NCBI GenBank assembly: GCA_040954595.2
Contig: CM082583.2
Location: forward strand, 3,109,060 to 3,173,059
Length of the DNA: 64,000 bases
Reading direction: 5' to 3'
Source: Balanoglossus misakiensis
Taxonomy: Eukaryota; Animalia; Hemichordata
The notes under the pieces were generated by a model that worked only from the letters and a program-made list of their open reading frames with translations, was not told the origin of the DNA and did not search any database. Positions 50,452-63,590 of the stretch are shown in pieces (position 1 is the stretch's first letter; every line of letters begins with the position of its first letter). The translations under genes were made by a program, and so were the position numbers.

Positions 50452-50940
50452 CGTCGTTACAAGTTTAAGTTCATCCATCCAGTACAGTATTAGGTGGCGG
50501 CGTAGTTACAAGTATTAAGTTCATCCCTCCAGTACAGTATTAGGTGGCGGCGTCGTTACAAGTATTAAGTTCATCTCTCCAGTACAGTATTAGGTGGCGG
50601 CGTCGTTACAAGTATTAAGTTCATCCATCCAGTACAGTATTAGGTGGCGGCATCGTTACAAGTTTAAGTTCATCCATCCAGTACAGTATCAGGTGGCAGC
50701 GGCGTTACAAGTATTAAGTTGATCCATCCAGTACAGTATTAGGTGCCGCAGTTGTTACAAGTATTAAGTTCATCCATCCAGTAGAGTATTAGGTGGCGGC
50801 GTCGTTACAAGTATTAAGTTCATCCATCCAGTACAGTATTAGGAGCTGGCGTCGTTACAAGTTTCAGTTCATCCATCCGTTACAGTATTAGGAGCTGGCG
50901 TCGTTACAAGTTTAGGTTCATCCATCCATTACAGTATTAT
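50452..50940 (+). repeat. 49-50-bp minisatellite, about 10 copies
   Basis: Unit GTCGTTACAAGTATTAAGTTCATCCATCCAGTACAGTATTAGGTGGCGGC. Confidence 0.95.
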
Positions 50941-51047
50941 GAACCTAATGTAAAAAAAAAAAGAATGAAATTATTTTAATAAACTGATTAGATCAAGTCA
51001 TCATCATTGATAAAGAAAACACTGATAAGAAGAAATCATTTAAAAAT

Positions 51048-54000
51048 TAAAGCTGCAAGCAGCATTGGCGGGGCCCAAACAGTTCCCATGGTTACCAGGG
51101 TATGCCAAGGCTGTATTCTGCTGTGAATACTAAGATATAGGAAAGCTGGTCAAAGGTTACCCCGGGGTCACTGAAAATCGCTAAAATAGCATCAAGGACA
51201 CTGTGGTCCCATTTAGTGTTTACACTAGAAAAAGGAGTAGAGACAGACAGACACACACATAGAGAGATCACTGACTGACCCATAAGGTGCTAATGGCATG
51301 TGTACGTATATACACCAAATATAACAGCTGGTCTCTTTACCAGTTAGCCAGTTATGTACATGCAGGAATTTCCTGTGCACACAAATCTCAGTAGGGGGTC
51401 CTCCCTAATTACAAACAACCATGTTTCAGTAATTTCTCTTCTTAGGGACCGTTCAGTTTTTACAGCTGGGGTGGGAGGCGGCAAGTTTGCGTCATCGGTT
51501 TTCAAAATCAGGCAGACCCCCCTTCACCCAGGACCAACAAATAATGACAGGAAAAAAATATGATGACCCCCCCCCCCCCCTCTCCTCCCTCAGACCGTCC
51601 TGATCTTATGTATGCTGCCCTGGGACAATAGACAAACCAGCCAATTAATGAAACGTGGCGAAGAATGAAGGGGGTGGGTGTATCCCCCTCCCGCATTAGA
51701 AAATTTTGTAAAAAATATGGAGCTCAAAGTTGCATTTTAATGAACCCAAAAGCAAATTAACTCAATGCTAGGACAAATATTACTTTTGCAACTCAAAAGT
51801 TAGCATCGGTGGGGTGGGATGGCAAATAGTCTGCCCTTGTACACCAGACAAACCAGCCAATAAATGAAATGTGTTGAAGAATGAAGGGGGTGGGTGGGTG
51901 TGATTAGAACAATTTGTAAAATAAAGGCCTCGAAACTGCAATTTTGTGGACTCGAGAGCAAAATTTGGAGGGGGGGGGGGCAAAAGTATGTGACCCCCCC
52001 CCCCTTAAGGTTTCAAAAAAAGATGACCCCCCCCCCCCCTTTTGGATTTCAGAATTTTAAATCCCCTCGCCCAGCCTTAAAAACTTAACGGTCCCTTATG
52101 ATACAAATTGTTTGTGGTACAAGACAAAATATCTTACTACTCAAACTTCAAAGTAATCACTCATTCACTTTCTGAGAAATATTATTCTTTTATCAAAATT
52201 TGAAAGTATCTTCTAAAAATACAAGATATTGCCCTCACAAAACATTGACACTTTCATCATAAGTTTTGTAAATCATCATGAGAACACACCCTGAACCTTC
52301 AAATGAAATTTCAAAGCAATGGGGGTAGAGGGTGTTGTGAAAAAGAGTTTTAACCAAAAATGGCAAAAATCACCCCATAAATATACTATTCAATTCATCA
52401 AGTTGATTTGAAAAACATGCATGCAAATCTTACTTGGGGTTCCCTAACATGACTAACAAATTTCAAAAGCAATGTAACAAGCAGTTTTAGAGAAAAAAAA
52501 TTTAATCAAAAAAGGCCAAAATTGTTCCAAAAGTATCAATATGCAAATTTTGCAACATTTCAACAAAAGTATGGTAACTCATATCACCTATATGAAGCTT
52601 CATACTAAATTTCAAAGAAGTCGACTGATCAATTCTAGCAAAGTAGATTTTGTACCAAAATGAGGAAAAAGCCCAAAAATGCATAAAAAAGAACATTCAA
52701 ACTATTAGCTAAACAAATACAGGACTGTATGTGGTTGACAAAAGGTACTTGCATACCAATTGTCAAATCAATCTGACCAGTGGTTGTTGAGTTTCTGAGT
52801 TTTGACCAATTTCAAATTTTCCCAGCTAATTTGTATTAATTTAAAAAGTTAACTGAATATGGCTGCTAGGTCAAATGACTGATTTTAATTTGTAGGTGCA
52901 CGCTCATTGGCAAGGACAGCTGTGACAAATTGGAGAAGTGTAGGTGTGGCAGGTTTTCAAAGCCAGGTGTGCAAAAAATCCATGGAATGGGGCCCAAGTT
53001 CCTAAAAAACCCAGCACAATAAGACTTTTCATAGAGTTGCTGTTTTTAATGGTCTTTGCAGATGCTAGAGATTGAAATAGAATCCTACAAGTTAAGATTT
53101 TCAGAAACAATGATAGCCATATCAATTACTATTTGAAAACAAAGAAAATGTGTTGTTCACCACCTTGTTTTAAGAAAATTATTTAAATTACTGTTTTTCC
53201 ATTGAGTTAATGCAGAGATTGGCAGCCATCTTGAATTTCAGAAACTGCAACAATATCCCCAATGCAACAAATATGCAAATTGTACTATTTGACACTTAAC
53301 TTGGGTCAAGGGGTTTCAGAGAAGATGACTACTCTTCAGACTCGGACATAAAATAATAATGCAATATTCGGCACAATTTCAATTAAGATCACCCAGGGAC
53401 CATACACACCAAAGATCAAAACAATTAGACGTACCTATTTTAAAGATCACTATGAAAACTTTACAGATTCAGTCATAATGTAAACAAAATTAGATCACCC
53501 CTGTGGACATGGCAAACAGACATGCATATTCTGACAAGGTTTTGTGTTTATATAAAAAGGCAACTGCCCCAAAAATACAAAATTACAGATTATGTCACAC
53601 ACCTCATGGAGATGCATACTAAATTTCAGAGAAAATTTCCCCCAAAATATGCAAATTTGAAGAAACTACTTGAGTCATCCCTAGAAACTTGCATAGTCAA
53701 AGCAATCCTACAAGCTTAGCCTTATTTCTTCCAAAAACAGCAAAAACGTGTTCCAAACTACAAACACGCACATTCCAACACAATTTGAACACACATTACT
53801 TACGCTACGCCTAGAAAGAAACCCACATACCAAATTTGAAAGCACTTGTAACAGTGATTTCAGAAAAGAAATCAAGTGTTGACAGACACAGGACGACTGA
53901 ACATCTCCCTGTCTGATAACTTTTGCAGTGCTGAGAGCAGAGCTAGAGATTGGTGTTTTCTTTTTACATTTTAAATCATCACTATTTGCTACTCAAAGCT

Positions 54001-54960
54001 ACTATTCTGCTCTGCTTGAGAAATGACTTGGGACAATTTTTGGCAGGCAATAGTCACCAATCTTCCTAAGTTTATAGTACCTACCACATTCTTTGTAATG
54101 TACTGATTATGTTTAGACTATTTTCGTCTGCATATGTCTTTATTACAGAAGAATAATCTGTTGGGGCTTTCATACCCATTTCTGAAGAGAGTTCAAAACC
54201 AATACCTATAGGAAGTGTTTTATCAAATTTGCTGCCTAACTGTGCATTTATATTCATGATATTAGCTCAAAACATGCAGGACTCTGAAGTCGTCACATGC
54301 ATACAAATTTAGAAAGCAATTTGCCCAGAAGTTGACAAGTTTAGACCAATTTAACATTTTTACAGCTCATTTGCACATTTTTGGAAATGACAACTAAAAC
54401 AAAATTCTATCTACAGATCAGCCTATACACACCAAATATTGAGGCTATATGTTGTTGTTGTGGATGGACAGATATACAGAAGCAGCTGAATCTCATAAGG
54501 TCCCAGTGGTATACACATACTGAATGTGACCTAAAAAGATTGACTAAAGTAGAAAGCAATCTGACAAGAAGTTTCAAACAAAACCATTTTTGATGAAAAG
54601 TTGCAAAATTTGAACAAGGAACACATATTTCACCAAAAGTCATACCAACAGCTTACTTGGGTTTATACGCTTAGCCTGAGTAGGAACATGCCTACAAAAT
54701 TCAAAGCAATCTGACAAGTGGTTTTAAAGAACAAAAAAAATTTGACGAAAAATTTACACCAACAACACAAATTTCACCAAAACGTACACTTGGGTTACTT
54801 CTAGGAATATGCCTTCCAAATTTCAAAGCAATTTGACAAGGGGTTTCAGAAAAACGACTTTCGACTAAAAAATTGCCCCAACATTGCAGATATGCAAAAC
54901 TGGCAATTTGTGCAAAACTAACTAAGATCACCTATAGGAAGCTTCATACCATATTTTAAA
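51048..54960 (+). mobile_element. Cluster of Helentron/DINE-1-like (HINE) sequence with degenerate internal repeats, interrupted by a MITE
   Basis: Starts AAAGCTGCAAGCAGC..GGGCCC; many CAAATTTCAAAGCAATCTGACAAG-like cores; GACA/CACA microsatellites; terminal stem AGGTCCCA..TGTGACCTAAAA near 54500-54535. Confidence 0.55.
51445..52095 (-). mobile_element. PIF/Harbinger-like MITE family A, inverted relative to the 10820 copy
   Basis: GGGACCGTTCAGTTTTTAC / AAAACTTAACGGTCCC; TTA TSD (51442-51444, 52096-52098). Confidence 0.9.
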
Positions 54961-55789
54961 GTACTATCCCATCTTAGGGTAGATACAACGCAGATGCAGT
55001 GCCTGATTATCACATAGCCTTACATGAAGATATTTAGAAAATTTAGCAACATAGTCATTTCTTAAAATTTTTACAAAATGTGCCAAAAATGGAAGTATTA
55101 TTAAATGATAAAAAGAAAACAATGTCACCATTTTTGATTTTTTGATTCAGCTGTTCAGATATTTCACCATATGAAAACTATTATAGCATTAGAGTAGTGC
55201 ACGAAAAGTGCTGACTTCGCATTTTCCACAATATTTTTTATCCCCTAACTGAAAAAGTAGTATTGAACCACCCTATTATCTCTCTGTATTTGTTCTTAAC
55301 ATTCATTATAAACAATATGTATGTTAAATGGAAATGACAACATTTTAACTTTTGAGCAGCCAACGATTAATAGAAACTTGGTGAGTTGTTTTAAAGATTT
55401 AAGCAAAAGAATGGGAGATCCACCAAATAGACCTGACCAATTTTCAAAGTAATTTAGCTTACCTCTAGAGATCAAGCTTCAACAATAGTAGAAAAATGCT
55501 TGTGAAATATCAAAATTGACCAAGAAGCTTCATTAACATTTTTCTGATTACGAGTAACTTTTGCAAAACAAGTTTAGAAAGGATACTAGTATTTGCTATT
55601 TTACTCCGAAATGAAGGGGGAAAAATCTCCAATGAGTTGAATGAGAAATCCTTGTACAAAAAGATTTGTGAAATACTTCCCGTATACCCTATATTCAATT
55701 ATATCCCCTATACAAATAGTCATTATCAACCCACTTCTTTATCGTGGAGGAAAGTACTATATAAAGGTTACCAAATGGAGGATGGTGGA

Positions 55790-56400
55790 TTGCTGCCCCA
55801 ATAAAATTGAAAGGGTGAATTAACTATTAGATAGAAAAAGGTAGCATAAACTAGCTACAAATGTATGTAGCATGTATACAACAAGTCGTGCTCACCAGAA
55901 AAAGTATTTAATGGGGCCTGGGACTTCTCCCCTTCCTTCAGCAATTGTTGACAGCATGTATACAGCATGTATACAGCATGTATACATGCTGTATACAGCA
56001 AGTCATGCCGCAAGGGTCTTCAACATAGGGTTAAAGTCTTCTCCCCCTCCTCCACAGCCTAATGATGTTCATTTAAGACACCACCTGTGAATCAAATATA
56101 TGCATGTTAATATAACCAATCACAAACTTGCTTTAGAATTATGTCATACTAATAAGTTAAAATATGCTGAACATGGTATAATGTAGGGTCAGGCTGTGTT
56201 GTGACAACGCACAACGGTGGAATACTTAGCAGAGAAATATGTGAAACAGCAATTTTGAAACTCTATTTACATCAGTAATAGTACTGCAGAGTAAAGAAGC
56301 TCCATATGGGTATACCCTAACATGGCAAACAGGTGACAAATGATATGTATGTGTAAACAACAGAAACGTGCACACACACTTAATGACAACACTGTACCCA
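55790..56400 (+). repeat. Dispersed direct repeat, copy 1 (pairs with 63090-63590)
   Basis: Shared colinear blocks AAAGGGTGAATT.ACTAT, CTGTGAATCAAATATATGCAT, TTGCTTTAGAATTATG, GTAGGGTCAG, GTGGAATACT. Confidence 0.85.
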
Positions 56401-56671
56401 AAAACCTGTCCACCCATGGACGGCAAACAAATAATTTAATTCAAGGCACCTATATACAATTATAGCTATGGGTAATTCTGCCAGAATCGAAATCTGTCCA
56501 AACTGAATTTATGTCCAGTTAATTCACGTCATCACAATCATAATACAGGAAATCATGGACAGAGCATACAGAATTTTAAGGAAAGAAAAGAGTATTGATA
56601 GCTGGAATAATAATTAGTTTGTAGATATAGAGCATTTTCCTTTTGTTTTAACAGTTTTGCTAAATAGTTAG

Positions 56672-57652
56672 AGAATAACATACGCCCCAAAGACCCATAA
56701 TGGATGAAAGCACACATTGTGCGTCATAATGTACGAAGCGAAGCAAAGTACATTATAGTACAATTTGTGCTCGAGTCCATTATGGGTCTTTGGAGCGTAC
56801 ATTATTCTTATTATTTTATAGTTTTGTCAATGCCAGTGAATTTGGTGACGTCAAAAATCTATAAAATACTATAGGTTCGAAAAATTCAGACTCACGCAGA
56901 TAGAAAATGGAGCAATAGCGTAAACAATGGATCAGGTGATCGCGGTCAATGTCTTCACATGTACTGTACATTTCTAGTATTATATTCAAACACCAGGAAA
57001 TAAATAATGAAGGTTTATCAACGCATGTGAAAATTCATTTCAGGGTTCTGCTTATATATATCTGAAAAAGTTTCCATTTCTCTGAAATCTTGGTGAGGAC
57101 ACGGGAATATTTGCATTGGTTTGCGTTCTCAGGAAAGTTCACGTATACAGGCGCTCTGAAGGTTGCAATACGTAAACAAACTCGCCCTCCTCTGTACCAT
57201 ACCACATATACAACATGACAGTGACTTGTTTTAAGTATGGCTTCGTTGACATGACTGCTTGGTACATGGTACATGGTACATGGTATGAATGGTGAACGAA
57301 TGTCAAATCCAGAATCATCAAAAGGTTTGCTTTACATGCGTGAGCAAGCCAGGTTGAAAACTGCACGTGATTCAAGAGCAGACATGTACCACCACGGTAG
57401 AAAGAAAAAATAACAAGGTCAGATTTGAAATTAATAAATATCGCAGTATTTATTCTGTGTAAATTTGCATTTTTTTTGCTCTTTTTATTTTCCCATGGTT
57501 TGAAAACCTCTGTTATTTACTCAGAAATTGTACACGTTTTGGGCTGGTTCTTGTGTGCTTCACATGTCCACGTTATAACACTCTACATTATCAGTAATAA
57601 TGTACAGCGATGACGCCATTATTCACTAGTATTGATAAAGCTATAATATAAT
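56672..57652. mobile_element. Unclassified non-autonomous element: 137-bp hairpin followed by an IR-bounded 840-bp segment
   Basis: 56672-56808 is an imperfect palindrome centred on GAAGCGAAGC; 56810-56853 is an imperfect reverse complement of 57611-57652. Confidence 0.6.
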
Positions 57653-57848
57653 GCCCTATAAAAGCAAATATAGATGAGGTCATGCTTACCAGAAAGTAGT
57701 CTTAACCAAGCTTCAGCGCACAGGAGAACGAGAAACCCGAACCAGTTGAAATTCCGACAATCGTGGCTTCCATCTGTGAATTAAATATGTATAGCAGTTA
57801 GTAAAAAATCATTCATAAACCTGTATGTCATAATATGTAGTGATATAA

Positions 57849-57990
57849 GGGAGTGTTGAGAATATGCTTCCCCGGGATTGGTGGGGGGGGGGGGGGGGGT
57901 GCTGTAGGATTTCCAGGGGCTATCAATTTTTTTACATGAGAAATTTTTTTTTGGGGGGGGGGCACAAAAGACAGTCTTTTAGGGATGGCT
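57849..57990. mobile_element. Degenerate Harbinger-like MITE left end, similar to 8111
   Basis: TAA+GGGAGTGTTGAGAATATGCTTCC, a G-run and GGATTTCCAGGGG resemble 8108-8200; no partner end found. Confidence 0.4.
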
Positions 57991-58585
57991 ATGAAAAAAA
58001 TCAAGCTTATTATTGTGACAAGTAATAGGTCTTTGAATGTGAAGTAATTTTTTCCGTGTCACTATCAGCAAAACTTTCTTTCACTGTATCTGTTATTTTT
58101 TCAAGAATTCCTATAATACTCTCACCAGAAGTTCAAATTGTCAGTTTATGACCTATGTGTGATTTCAGTAGTAGGTTCTTGAGGAGCCATTTTTATTCTA
58201 TAATTAAATTTCTTGTTTGCAATGTAAATACTTGGTATTAATGACCTATGAATTTTGGTAGTTATGATCGCAATTATTATCTGGTATAGCGTGAATATAT
58301 GCAGCTATTATTTGAAGTTTTTTTCCTTTTAGTTTATTGAATTTTGGCAACTGATGTTTATTAAGATGTTAATTAGATATCAACTGTGAATGATCATGAT
58401 CATTTGTGTTGGGATTGATGACGCAATGCAATGGAATCAAAATAGCTGATGTGATGCAATATGTTGCTTAATAAAATGCGATCATTCTTGAGATGTGATG
58501 CTAACGCGAAGTGACATGAGAACTTCAAATGGCATGCTGATATACCCAGTGCTCCACTTGTTAACATAGTCTGTATGTGTATTAA

Positions 58586-58933
58586 AGGGACAAAGTCTCT
58601 CTCTCGCTGCCCTTTTTACCATTAATTATATTTGATAAGAGACAACGTTTGTTATACTACATGTGGATATATAGTGAATGAACGTTCAACCACACACAAC
58701 TTCCATCCCTCTTATAAACAGGAGAGTGAAAAAACTCGCCAAAATGAATAATCTTTCTTTACCATTTATTCATTTTGGGCAAGTTTTTACTCTTATATCA
58801 TACAAGTGGGGTGGAAGTTATGTGTGGTTGATCATTGATTCACTATATATCCACATGTACATTAACATAAAGAGTGTCTTGTATCAAACATAATTAATGG
58901 GAAAAAGGGTAGCGAGAGAGAGACTTTGTCCCT
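58586..58933. mobile_element. Kolobok-like fully palindromic MITE (348 bp)
   Basis: TTAA TSD (58582-58585, 58934-58937); AGGGACAAAGTCTCTCTCTCGCT / AGCGAGAGAGAGACTTTGTCCCT; arms pair over nearly the whole length; a solo end of the same type lies at about 59806-59830. Confidence 0.92.
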
Positions 58934-59849
58934 TTAAGGCCATTGTTATTGTTAACAAATAAAAGTGTGAAATCCTACACCCTCCCCCAAGCTTTCATTC
59001 TGGCCAACAACTTTTTATGAAGGCCTCAGCAGTTGTTAAAAAAGATTGCCTGCTATGTTAGACTATGAATCTACAAAGGGGATGAAAAATCGCCCACAAA
59101 GCTATTGTTTTGACTTGTGTCAAGTGTCTGGTTTTTGATCAACTTCCATATGTTTCAACAGGTAAAAATATACTTGTAGATGTTTATCACTTCCCTATGT
59201 CTGATACACTAACAGTAGTCAGATGACATGAATAGTGAAGATAGCAAAACAAACCGGTTTATGCTTATGGCTGTACCTTCTATTAGTGATGTACATGTTG
59301 CACATAGCAAATAATTGTTATGATCAACTTGTTTTTATTGCATAACAGCTTTTTATTGCATCCATGTTTCGTTTTACTCTGGATAAGAGTCTGTCCAAAG
59401 AAGTTAACAGACTTGATGGGGGTAATTTAAAAAAGTGTTCTCAAAAAACCTGCAATTTCATGCCCTTTATTTATGTAGTTGAGAAGTTGTATTCCTAGTA
59501 GGATGTTGAAATCATTGGAGACAAACCCTGCCAGTACCAAAAGTTGTTGGGTGTTATCAAAATTTGAGGACACCCAACATGATAAAATCAGTGTCCACTG
59601 TAAATAGCAAGTAATTCAAGTGTGTGTGTTTTCAACCCACATAACGACTAGACAGACGAACGGACTGACGGACTGACTGACTAATGATCACTGAATATGC
59701 CTCAATGTTTTTGACATTAGCTTATCAAGTGGCTAAAAGTGTAATTTTAACTGATGGGAGACCTGTTCAAGATAATTTGGTAATTTATCTGCCGATACAT
59801 GTTGATTAAAGGGACAAAGTCTCTCTTTGTGACCTTTTTGTGATATCAA

Positions 59850-62082
59850 GAAACCATGGAATACCTGCTCCAAAACTTTGATTAACCCCCCTCCCCCCAT
59901 AAAAAAAATAGCATCAAGGACACAGTGATCCCAATTTGAGGATTACACAGAAATAGGTATACACCAAAATAAAAATCACAGGTGACATTGGCAAGCAGAT
60001 ATGATCCAACCATATGGAAATGGATAAAAATAAAGGAACATGCCCAATAAACAGTCATGTGTCATGGCAGTCTTACGAGCGGTGATAGAAGAATTTATTT
60101 TTGACCGAAAATTGTCTGTACAAAGGCATATGACAAGCAACTTCTTTCAATCAGCCCTGGAACAGACAGACACACACACACAGACAGACAAAGATGCTCA
60201 CTGACCTGCCACTGGTAATTAAAAATTTAATAGCTGGTGGTCTCTGTAACACCAATGTAAACATGTCAAAGTTGGGGGTAACAACTCCTTGTAAACATTA
60301 ACTTTCAAAACAACTGGACAATTGGTTTAGGAGAAGATTTGCTAACCAAAAACAAAGAAACTTAAAAAAAAACTCGCTAAATATTGAATATTTTTGATAT
60401 CAGAATTAAATAAAAGTTGCACATGTACCGGTATGTGTTATGAAATTGTATCCTAAATTTCAAAGCAATCAGAGAAAAAACAAATTTCAAAGCAGTTTTG
60501 AAGAAAATATTTGTTCAAAAGTGGCAAAAAAAGGTATGCAAATATCACCAAAATTGTACAATATCTTACTTCAATCACTATAAGGAACATGCCTGGCAAA
60601 ATTCAATGCAATGTGACAAGCGGTTTCAGAGAAAACAATTTTTGACAAAAATTGGGAAAAATATCACCAATAACACATTTATGCAAATATCACATTTTTG
60701 TAACCTAACTTCCAAAGCAATCAAAAAAGGGTTACCCCCAAAAATATTCCTGCCAAATTTCAAAGCAATAAAAAAGCAGTTTCAAAAAAATATTTGTTCA
60801 AAAGTGGCAAAAACACAAAAATGCAAAAATCACTATAATTGTACACTCACACCATCTTACTTCAATCACTACAAGGAACATTCCTGCCAAAGTTCAGAGC
60901 AATCTGACAAGCGGTTTAAGAGAAAAAAAATATTTTTCCAATAATGCAAACACGCAATTTTAACCATTTTCTTTACAGCATCTTACTTGGGTTACCCCTA
61001 GAAAACTGCCTACCAAATTGCAAAGCATTCTGACCAAAAATGGCAAAAATTGCTCAAAATTATAAATATGCCAATTTTACAACAATTTGAACAAAAACTA
61101 TGGTAACTCGGACCACCTATAGGAAGCTTCATACTAAAATTTCGAAGGAGTTGGCCTATCGCTTTCAGAAATGAAGATTTTTTTACCAATAATGTGGAAA
61201 GACAAAAACATTTATAAAAAAAAAGAAAATTCATAATATTACCTCAAAACAAACAGGACTGTATTGGGTTCATTGACATAAGATTTTTTAATTCAATCTG
61301 ACCAGGGGTTGTTGAGTTTTTGAGTTTTGATCGATTTCACATTTTCCCAGCTAATTTGCATATTTTTGGTAATGACAACTTCATTTGAACAAAATCCCAT
61401 CTACAGCCCGGCCTGCATCTACACGAAATATGGAAGTGATACACGTAGCGGTTTTCATTCGTTCATCCATACATACATACAGATGCAACTGATTCCATAA
61501 GGTCCCAATCTTATATATATATACATAAACCAAACGGGACCTAAAATTGCTCCAAAATTATAAATAGGCAAATTTTGCAACAATTTAAACAAGACAATGG
61601 AAACTCAGATCACCTATAAAGCTTCATACTAAATTTCAAACAAGTCAGCTGATCAATTCCAGAAAAGTAGATTTTTTACCGATAATGTGGAAAGACAAAA
61701 AAGGCATAAAAATAGAAAATTCACATTATTAGCATATAGAACTGTGTGAGGTTAACATACCGTAAGGTAAATGAATACCAATTTTCAAAGCAATTTGCCT
61801 AGTAGTTGTTGAGTTGCCGAGTTTTGATGAATGTCACACTTTCCCAGCTAATTTGCATATTTTGGCAATGACAACTTCATTTAGACAAACTCCCATCTAC
61901 TGCCCTGCCTGCATTCAACACTAAATATCAAGGTGACATGCCCATTGCCAGTGGTTTCCAAGTGTTTGATGTTGATGGACATACAGATGAACATCCATAC
62001 ATACATCCATACATACATACAGGTGCAACTGATCCCATAAGGTCCCTTGGTATAAATACATATACCAAATGGGACCTAATAA
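59850..62082 (+). mobile_element. Cluster of Helentron/DINE-1-like (HINE) sequence with two tandem ends
   Basis: Same CAAATTTCAAAGCAATC cores as 51-55 kb; (CATA)n microsatellite plus AGGTCCC..GGGACCTAA stems ending near 61546 and 62080. Confidence 0.6.
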
Positions 62083-63089
62083 TTCTGATAAAATGCCTAC
62101 ATACATAAAAGTCAGCAATAAAGTAAGGGGATAGTGGGCTGGGGCCTAATGTCAATTACTGTTGCAAATTATAAACACTCAGCTAGTGTAAAAAACACTT
62201 GTACCTTCAATGTCCTTGGACAACACATTTTTGTAACTTTCCCAGATCAATGGCTAAGATTACTTGCCAAGGGTGACTAGAAATTTGGGGGCCAGATGCA
62301 ATTCTGATACATGTTCTTCATAATTAATAGATATGGTGAAAATCCTGTAAACTGAATTACAGGGAAATCAGATTTTCCATGGAAAATCATTTCACCCAAA
62401 AATGTCAAAAGTGTAGAAAATAATTTTGAAACAAAAAGCCTAAATCAAAATAATACCAAAATTTAAATTGTAATGCAGTAAGGCAAGCAATTTGAGGATG
62501 AAGAAACTTACAATTTTTTTTTACAAATAGTACATAATTTGCAAATGCCGCACATAAACTTACAATTACTACCACATTACTTACATAAGGATATTGTACC
62601 CAGAGAGACATTGTGGTCGAGCAATCTCCAGATAAACACGACTTGGTCTAATTACAAATATTGAAAATGTAAATGACAAACACAACACTTCTCATCTTTC
62701 AGTACAGTCAGCTGCTTGTGAACAATTTGCATGTAGCTATTTTCATCAAATTTTCAGCCCAAGTCATGCCTATACAATTTTCTGCATGGGAAAGTCATGG
62801 CTAGCATGGGTTGGCAGGTTATGGGACCTCGCTCAGGTTCCCTCGAATAAAACCTAACACATGTTTGGTAACTGATTATTCTGCATTTGATGATTTTGAC
62901 ACATTTTTAGATAAATCCCTATCAATTAGTCATATTTCATTAACCTTGCTATACAGCGTCTTCAATATGAAATATGAATCTTGTTGACTGATATTGTTGA
63001 GGATAGTGGTACATTAAGTTTGCCAAGTGGAGAATATTCAAGTGATTATTAGTGGTGTCCAACTCTCCTTGATAACCAGTTGTGGCTTG

Positions 63090-63590
63090 TCACTACCATA
63101 ATTTTAAAAGGGTGAATTCACTATTTGATGGGAAAAGGTGGCATTGACAAACAAGCTATGGAGCATGTATACAGCAAGTTGTCCTTACCGGAAAGCGGTC
63201 TTGGATCAGGCCTAGGTATTCTCTCCCTCCTCCGGCATACGTTGAAATGCTGTGTTTAAGACTGTGAATCAAATATATGCATAATAATTAGTAACCAATC
63301 ATAACCTTGCTTTAGAATTATGTGTGCCATACTAATTAGTGAAAATATGCAAAACATGGTATAAAGTAGGGTCAGACTGTGCTGTGATCATGTACAACAG
63401 TGGAATACTAATCAGAGAAATCTGTAACAGTGATCTTGAAACTCCATTTACATCATTACTGCAGAAAAGAATGTCCCCTTTTGTATACCCCAAACATGGC
63501 AATTAGGTGACAAGTGAAACTGACATTATGTCTGTAAACAACAGAACGTGTACACGCACTTTGACATATACATAACACTGTACAAGGATT
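63090..63590 (+). repeat. Dispersed direct repeat, copy 2 (pairs with 55790-56400)
   Basis: Colinear diverged match to 55790-56400. Confidence 0.85.

Noticed and set aside
60498-60944. 148-aa Lys-rich ORF
   Set aside because: Translation of A-rich degenerate HINE core repeats
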